Origin: an uncultured bacterium
GTDB lineage: Bacteria > Hydrothermota > UBA3073 > NMUJ01
Direction of reading: 5' to 3'
NCBI GenBank assembly: GCA_965612795.1
Contig: CBFDTI010000001.1
Coordinates: 5,116-69,115, forward strand
Length of the DNA stretch: 64,000 bases
Every line of letters begins with the position of its first letter. The stretch's first letter is position 1. Below the pieces are notes generated by a model. It was given only the letters and a program-made list of their open reading frames with translations. It did no database searches and had not been told where the DNA came from. The position numbers and the translations under genes are program-made. Shown one piece after another: positions 58,259-64,000 of this stretch.

Positions 58259-58329
58259 TCTTTAACCTACATATCATTGACACCCTACATTCTTTAGTAA
58301 CTTATAAAGATAGAAAGATAGGAGGTGAC

Positions 58330-60036
58330 ATGAACTATAGACCCATACATGCACCTCGTGGTACTCAATTAAGTTGCAAATCGTGGCCACTCGAAGCCCC
58401 CCTACGTATGTTGATGAATAACGTTGATCCCGACGTAGCAGAGATACCTGAGGAGCTCATCGTTTATGGAGGTGCCGGCAAAGCCGCCCGTAACTGGGAG
58501 TGTTTCTGGGCAATCGTTGAGAGTCTCAAGAATATGGACGAAGACGAAACCTTACTCGTACAATCCGGTAAACCGGTCGCCATATTCCGTACATCCACAT
58601 GGGCACCAAGGGTGTTGATCGCTAACTCATTACTTGTACCTAACTGGGCAAATTGGGATCACTTTCGTAAACTTGAAGCTATGGGATTAATAATGTACGG
58701 TCAGATGACTGCCGGTAGCTGGATCTACATCGGTACCCAGGGCATAATACAAGGTACTTACGAGACGTTTGCTGCCGCTGCCAGCAAACACTTTGACGGT
58801 ACACTTCGTGGCAAATTTGTACTCACCGCAGGTATGGGCGGTATGAGTGGTGCACAACCTCTTGCTATCACCATGAACGGCGGTGTTGCCCTCGTTGTAG
58901 AAGTAAACCCCGCACGTATCGAACGTCGTCTAAAACAGGGTTTTGTCGATACCATGGTATGGGATCTTGATGAAGCCTTAAAGCTTGTTGATAAATATGT
59001 AAAAGAGAAAAAACCTTATTCAATAGGGCTTGTAGGTAACGCATCCGACACACATCCAGAGCTTGTACGTCGTGGCATAATACCGGATTTGTTGACGGAT
59101 CAAACCTCTGCCCATGATACACTTAATGGCTACGTACCTGGTGGTATGACGTACGAGGAGGCGATCGACCTCCGTCACCGTGACCCCGATACCTATGTGA
59201 AACTCGCGTATGAATCAATCGCACGCCAAATGGAAGCTATGCTCGAGATGCAACGTCAAGGTGCAGTAGCTTTCGACTACGGTAATAACATACGTGGACA
59301 AGCAGTTAAGGCAGGCATCAAAGACGCATTCAACATACCCGGCTTTGTACTCGAGTATATACGGCCACTATTTTGTGAAGGACGTGGCCCATTTAGGTGG
59401 GTAGCCTTATCCGGTGATCCCGAAGATATTTACCGTACAGATCGTGCTGTACTGGAGCTATTCCCCGAGAATGACATACTTACGCGGTGGATCAAACTTG
59501 CCGAAGAGAAAGTCCCCTTCCAGGGGTTACCTGCACGTGTCTGCTGGTTAGGTTATGGTGAACGTGCTGAGTTTGGCTTACGTATCAATCACATGGTACG
59601 TAAAGGTCAGCTCAAAGCCCCCATAGTGATAGGGCGTGACCATTTGGATACTGGGTCGGTTGCTTCCCCTTATCGTGAAACTGAGCAGATGAAGGACGGT
59701 TCTGATGCGATAGCGGATTGGCCTATCCTTAACGCATTGCTGAATACTGCATCGGGTGCCACCTGGGTTTCAGTACACCATGGTGGCGGTGTAGGTATAG
59801 GTTACTCCATACATGCAGGTCAGGTTATAGTAGCTGATGGCACAAAAGTGTCAGACCTCAAACTCGAACGTGTGCTCACCAACGACCCAGGTATCGGTAT
59901 CGCACGTCATGCAGATGCGGGCTATTCCAAAGCCATAGAGGTGGCACAATCCAAACAGATAAGAATACCGATGATAGAGTTTCGCTCCCAGCTACAAGAA
60001 ATACTAGGTAAGGAGCAACCCACCAAAGTAAATTAA
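58330..60036 (+). CDS. hutU: Urocanate hydratase
   Basis: Full-length match to urocanase pattern (…[19 protein letters not shown]…[10 protein letters not shown]…); SD AGGAGGTG upstream. Confidence 0.9.
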   Translation: MNYRPIHAPRGTQLSCKSWPLEAPLRMLMNNVDPDVAEIPEELIVYGGAGKAARNWECFWAIVESLKNMDEDETLLVQSGKPVAIFRTSTWAPRVLIANSLLVPNWANWDHFRKLEAMGLIMYGQMTAGSWIYIGTQGIIQGTYETFAAAASKHFDGTLRGKFVLTAGMGGMSGAQPLAITMNGGVALVVEVNPARIERRLKQGFVDTMVWDLDEALKLVDKYVKEKKPYSIGLVGNASDTHPELVRRGIIPDLLTDQTSAHDTLNGYVPGGMTYEEAIDLRHRDPDTYVKLAYESIARQMEAMLEMQRQGAVAFDYGNNIRGQAVKAGIKDAFNIPGFVLEYIRPLFCEGRGPFRWVALSGDPEDIYRTDRAVLELFPENDILTRWIKLAEEKVPFQGLPARVCWLGYGERAEFGLRINHMVRKGQLKAPIVIGRDHLDTGSVASPYRETEQMKDGSDAIADWPILNALLNTASGATWVSVHHGGGVGIGYSIHAGQVIVADGTKVSDLKLERVLTNDPGIGIARHADAGYSKAIEVAQSKQIRIPMIEFRSQLQEILGKEQPTKVN

Positions 60037-60054
60037 CGAGTAAAAGGAGTTTGC

Positions 60055-61377
60055 ATGGAGTATGTTGAAGCATTAAGGGATAAAATTTTAAATCACTGTT
60101 CGAAAATCGGCATAATAGGGTTAGGTTATGTGGGGTTACCGCTTGCACGCGAATTCCTGAAGAAAGGGTTCAAGGTGCTCGGGTTCGATATTGACGAGGC
60201 TAAAGTTAACGCTATAAATGCAGGTCAAAGTTACATCAAACACATAGATTCTGACTTCATAAGCCACTACAGGGAGAAGGGATACCTGGAGGCAACAACC
60301 GACTTCACACGGTTAAAAGAGGCCGATCATATCTTAATCTGTGTACCAACCCCACTTGGTAAGCACAACGAACCTGACCTATCTTATGTATTGAACACCA
60401 CCCGTACCATCAGCCATAACTTACGCCCGGGTCATCACATAGTACTGGAGAGTACGACCTATCCTGGTACAACAGAAGAGGAGATGCTACCCATACTTGA
60501 GGAATCAGGCCTAAAAGTAGGTAAGACGTTCTTTTTAGGGTATTCTCCCGAACGCGAGGATCCTGGCAATAAAGAGTACACCACATCCAATATACCCAAA
60601 GTTGTGAGCGGTGTCACTCCATCTTGTTTGGAAATTACAAAGTTACTCTACGATCAAATTGTTAAGGAGACTGTCCCTGTATCATCACCCCGTATAGCGG
60701 AGTCGACAAAACTGCTCGAAAACATCTACCGTGCAGTCAACATAGCACTTGTAAACGAGTTAAAGATCATATTTGATCGCATGGGTATCGACATATGGGA
60801 AGTTATCAAAGCAGCTTCTACGAAACCGTTTGGTTTCCACCCTTTCTATCCAGGGCCTGGGCTTGGTGGCCACTGTATACCAATTGACCCATTTTATCTT
60901 ACATGGAAAGCGCGTGAATACGGGCTCAACACCCACTTTATCGAGCTTGCAGGTGAAATTAATACCTCAATGCCATATTTTGTAGTGGATAAAGTCATCC
61001 ACGCACTCAACCAGCATGGTAAATCATTAAAAGGTGCCAATATACTCATACTTGGGGTAGCTTACAAACCGGACGTGGATGATATGCGTGAGAGTCCTGC
61101 ACTTAAAATTATCGAAATACTGTGCGAACATGGTGCTATTGTGGATTATAACGACCCACATATACCTGAATTACCACCCACCCGCAAGTATCGTTACAAA
61201 ATGCGTTCTGTACCGCTTACTCCTGAGACGCTCAAAAAGTATGATGCTATCATCATAACAACAAATCATACCGCTTATGATTATGGGATGATCGCACAGC
61301 ATGCCAAATTGATAGTGGATACACGTAACGCGATGGACGGTATATCTGACCTACGTGCTAAACTTGTAAAGGCCTAA
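60055..61377 (+). CDS. UDP-sugar (UDP-GlcNAc/ManNAc/Glc) 6-dehydrogenase family enzyme
   Basis: N-terminal Rossmann IGIIGLGYVGLPLA and catalytic Cys region GGHCIPIDP. Confidence 0.85.
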   Translation: MEYVEALRDKILNHCSKIGIIGLGYVGLPLAREFLKKGFKVLGFDIDEAKVNAINAGQSYIKHIDSDFISHYREKGYLEATTDFTRLKEADHILICVPTPLGKHNEPDLSYVLNTTRTISHNLRPGHHIVLESTTYPGTTEEEMLPILEESGLKVGKTFFLGYSPEREDPGNKEYTTSNIPKVVSGVTPSCLEITKLLYDQIVKETVPVSSPRIAESTKLLENIYRAVNIALVNELKIIFDRMGIDIWEVIKAASTKPFGFHPFYPGPGLGGHCIPIDPFYLTWKAREYGLNTHFIELAGEINTSMPYFVVDKVIHALNQHGKSLKGANILILGVAYKPDVDDMRESPALKIIEILCEHGAIVDYNDPHIPELPPTRKYRYKMRSVPLTPETLKKYDAIIITTNHTAYDYGMIAQHAKLIVDTRNAMDGISDLRAKLVKA

Positions 61378-62141
61378 CCTTCACGTTTGATATAAGCGTA
61401 AGCGTTGTGATTGTGAATACTTTCCAGGCTTTCAACCTCTATTTCATATCCAAGTACACGCCCGTCATTGTTTAACTTAACTGCTACGTTACGGGCTACA
61501 TCCTCAACAAATGAAGGATGTTCGTACGCCAATTCAGTGACGTACTTCTCGTCTTCACGCTTGAGTAACGCATATACAGGGGCGGATGCACAATCCTCCA
61601 CCATTTTGATAAGATCTTCTATCCATAGCAACCCACGAAAGTGCACCTTCACCCTTATGTAAGTGCGTTGGTTATGTGCACCTTTTTCTGAAATCTCCTT
61701 AGAGCATGGACATACTGTATTTACTGGTACTTCCACCCACAGGTAAAGTTTGATCCTATCTTTGAATTTACCGATAATTCCACAGTTATAACCCATCAGA
61801 CTCTTAAGGTTAGATGCAGGTGCTTGCTTTTCAATAAAATATGGAAAAAACAACTCTATATGCGCAGATTCGGCATCAAACAGCTCTTTCATACGATGTA
61901 AAATCTTCCCAATATTTTGTATCGCTATTTCACCCCTGTACTCGTTGAGTATTTCAACAAACCTACTCATATGGGTGCCACGAAAATTATGTGGCAAATT
62001 CACGTACATGTTTACTCTTGCAATAGTGTGTTGAAATTCATGTGCTTTGTCACGCAAAAGTATAGGATACGAGAGGTTACGTACACCTACTTTATCAATG
62101 GGTATGCATCGATCGTCATTCTCCCGTTGCACATCCTTCAT
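61374..62141 (-). CDS. folE2: GTP cyclohydrolase FolE2/MptA family
   Basis: VPVNTVCPCSKEIS conserved Cys motif and length ~255 aa. Confidence 0.75.
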   Translation of the reverse strand: MKDVQRENDDRCIPIDKVGVRNLSYPILLRDKAHEFQHTIARVNMYVNLPHNFRGTHMSRFVEILNEYRGEIAIQNIGKILHRMKELFDAESAHIELFFPYFIEKQAPASNLKSLMGYNCGIIGKFKDRIKLYLWVEVPVNTVCPCSKEISEKGAHNQRTYIRVKVHFRGLLWIEDLIKMVEDCASAPVYALLKREDEKYVTELAYEHPSFVEDVARNVAVKLNNDGRVLGYEIEVESLESIHNHNAYAYIKREG

Positions 62142-62490
62142 AGTAGCGTACCCCCTGACGTTCGTCCTCCCAAACTTCTACATACGTCAAATTTAAATTA
62201 TCCGGTATTTTACGATTCAAGTTTGTGAAAATGTATTTTGCGATATTCTCAACGGTTGGTGGGTTCATTTTAAAATAGGATAAATCGTTCAAATACTTAT
62301 GATCCAATTCTTTAAGTATTTCAGTCAACCACCCTCTTAACACGCGTAGATCGACGACCATCCCATTAGCGTCTAAATTATCGCCCTCGACGGTCACCCA
62401 CACACGAAAATTATGCCCATGTAGCTCCTCACCACAAATGCTAAGCTTATGTGCAGCAGCAAACTTATCCCCCACTATGAGTCTAAACAT
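62116..62490 (-). CDS. queD: 6-carboxytetrahydropterin / 6-pyruvoyl-tetrahydropterin synthase family (QueD/PTPS)
   Basis: FAAAHKL...CGEELHGHNFRV zinc-binding HGH motif with Cys and Glu. Confidence 0.85.
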   Translation of the reverse strand: MFRLIVGDKFAAAHKLSICGEELHGHNFRVWVTVEGDNLDANGMVVDLRVLRGWLTEILKELDHKYLNDLSYFKMNPPTVENIAKYIFTNLNRKIPDNLNLTYVEVWEDERQGVRYYEGCATGE

Positions 62491-62491
62491 A

Positions 62492-63388
62492 TCAAATCCT
62501 CAAACATATTGTGATTGTGCTTACATATCCCAAATTATAGCGCCATCCACTCAACATATAAGAAAAGGTGATAGGTATATCCTTAGCGGTTAAGTTATAA
62601 TCGAACCCCACATTCCAGACCCTTGTCCTATGTGCGATAGGTATCCCCACATTGATTTTCAAATCTGGCGTCACCTCCATCTTCCCACTGATGATATAGA
62701 ACAATCGTGTATCGCTATCTTTACGTAATTCAAGATTACCTGTAAAGTTTCTTCCTTTATAACCTAGATCTATTGCCAACACGATAGGTAATCGCACCCT
62801 GTAGTATCTTTCCGGAGTGTAATATCCAATGGGACCCAAATTATCAACCACAAATCCAATCTCCCATCTATCCACGGGTCTATGTGTTATACCTATTCCT
62901 ATCGCCCAATGCGTTATACTCGACACGTATATCTTCTCATAGATCAATTTAGGTACAATACCAACCATTGTGTTATCCCATACATGTGTATAACCAAATG
63001 TAAGCACAACTTGATATACACCATAGTAAGCTTGTAGCCATCTTCCAGTTTCATCCCGTAACTCCATATCCGCAATACCTGTACCCAATCCACTTACTTT
63101 GTAAAGGCTACGGTTGTTCTTACGTACCCATTTAAATGCAAAGCAATCGTCTCCCATAAAGTATCGTGTGTACGAGGAATATAACCCTTCATCGATATCT
63201 TCAGCTGGGTTAGAGTATTTGCACCACTCATAAGCTGTGGTTGGTAATTTAATAAACGCCAACCCCACATCAGGTTCAACCCTTTGTGTCCAATTATAGA
63301 TTTTATGTATTGTATCTTCTAACCAATCCCTGAAGCGATCCCATCCACTACCAGATACCAGTATCAACAGTAATAGGGTATAACTCAT
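62492..63388 (-). CDS. Hypothetical secreted beta-rich protein (possible outer-membrane protein)
   Basis: N-terminal hydrophobic signal-like segment, alternating beta pattern; no motif recognised. Confidence 0.45.
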   Translation of the reverse strand: MSYTLLLLILVSGSGWDRFRDWLEDTIHKIYNWTQRVEPDVGLAFIKLPTTAYEWCKYSNPAEDIDEGLYSSYTRYFMGDDCFAFKWVRKNNRSLYKVSGLGTGIADMELRDETGRWLQAYYGVYQVVLTFGYTHVWDNTMVGIVPKLIYEKIYVSSITHWAIGIGITHRPVDRWEIGFVVDNLGPIGYYTPERYYRVRLPIVLAIDLGYKGRNFTGNLELRKDSDTRLFYIISGKMEVTPDLKINVGIPIAHRTRVWNVGFDYNLTAKDIPITFSYMLSGWRYNLGYVSTITICLRI

Positions 63389-64000
63389 ATAAGGTTGAGT
63401 AATTTTTCGACAATTATATCGCTTGTTACACCCTCAGCTTCAGCTGCAAAGTTAAGTATAAGCCTATGCCTCAATACGGGTAGCGCCACACTTTTTACGT
63501 CATCCCATGACGGTACAGGTCGCCCTTCGAGTAACGCACGTGCTTTTGCCCCTAATATCAAGTATTGTGATGCACGTGGGCTTGCACCCCAGCTTACCCA
63601 TTCTTTTATAAATTTGGGTACGCTACTGTTTTCTGATGGTCTGGTGAGATTGACAAAACGTACTACCTCTTCGATAAGCTTAGGTGCTACCGGCATGCGA
63701 CGTACAATATCCATTAGTTTCAATATTTCCTCACGTGTGAGGACGGACGAAACTTCAGGTTCATACCCTATGGTTGTGGTCTCTACAATTTTGACCTCTT
63801 CCTTTTCAGTTGGATAGTATATATTCACTTGGAACATAAATCTATCTTTCTGTGCCTCTGGCAATGGATACGTACCTTCATGTTCGATAGGGTTTTGTGT
63901 AGCTAATACAAAAAACGGGCGCGGCAAATCGTAGTCTTTACCAGCTACTGTAACTTTATACTCTTGCATCGCCTCAAGTAGTGCTGATTGTGTCTTGGGT
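63385..64000 (-). CDS. MoxR-family AAA+ ATPase (C-terminal part only; the N-terminus lies beyond the window end)
   Basis: ...[27 protein letters not shown] (sensor/arginine region) and MoxR C-terminal lid domain. Confidence 0.85.
   Translation of the reverse strand, partial: PKTQSALLEAMQEYKVTVAGKDYDLPRPFFVLATQNPIEHEGTYPLPEAQKDRFMFQVNIYYPTEKEEVKIVETTTIGYEPEVSSVLTREEILKLMDIVRRMPVAPKLIEEVVRFVNLTRPSENSSVPKFIKEWVSWGASPRASQYLILGAKARALLEGRPVPSWDDVKSVALPVLRHRLILNFAAEAEGVTSDIIVEKLLNLI

Noticed and set aside
58277-58310. Possible TTGACA...TTATAA promoter upstream of hutU
   Set aside because: The spacer length is ambiguous (16-19 nt) and there is no second supporting instance, so it was left unannotated.

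Overview
This is a dense bacterial chromosomal window of about 47% G+C. The + strand is strongly C-rich almost throughout. Roughly 70 features are annotated.

Gene content:
- Tightly packed housekeeping genes, mostly on the minus strand: lon, leuS, panC, folK, efp, dnaB, udg, coaB/coaC, rpoZ, gcvT, sucC, tsaE, buk, trmI, mlaEF, hutU, folE2/queD, pheS/pheT.
- A large amount of cell-surface and secretion gene content. A giant PQQ beta-propeller protein with a putative gingipain-like domain runs off the window start. A 1759-aa outer-membrane barrel is possibly SprA-like. A beta-propeller protein carries a 'YPNPF' type-IX secretion system (T9SS) C-terminal sorting domain. Lipoprotein and TPR genes are also present.
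- Together these point to an FCB-type lineage with a T9SS.

RNA genes:
- Two tandem tRNA-Ser genes (TGA and GCT anticodons).
- An intact tRNA-Thr(GGT) on the minus strand.
- A type-A RNase P RNA.

Other notable points:
- Several enzymes are of the archaeal type: class-II PheRS, class-V FBP aldolase/phosphatase, an archaemetzincin-GNAT fusion, and an Isf-like flavoprotein.
- The tRNA-Thr sits in a tandem array of three promoter-bearing tRNA-like units; two are decayed copies, and a small GIY-YIG gene lies between them.
- coaB and coaC are split exactly at an A9 homopolymer.
- A ~1.1 kb islet at 16.4-17.5 kb has inverted strand composition and carries a Cys-containing micro-ORF plus a glycine-zipper membrane protein.
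- An RNase HII-HIT fusion and a CYTH gene abutting udk are also present.

No CRISPR array, rRNA, transposase or integrase was recognised. The six-frame ORFs on the + strand of 1-3.2 kb (His/Pro/Thr-rich) are antisense artefacts of the G/T-rich minus-strand gene.
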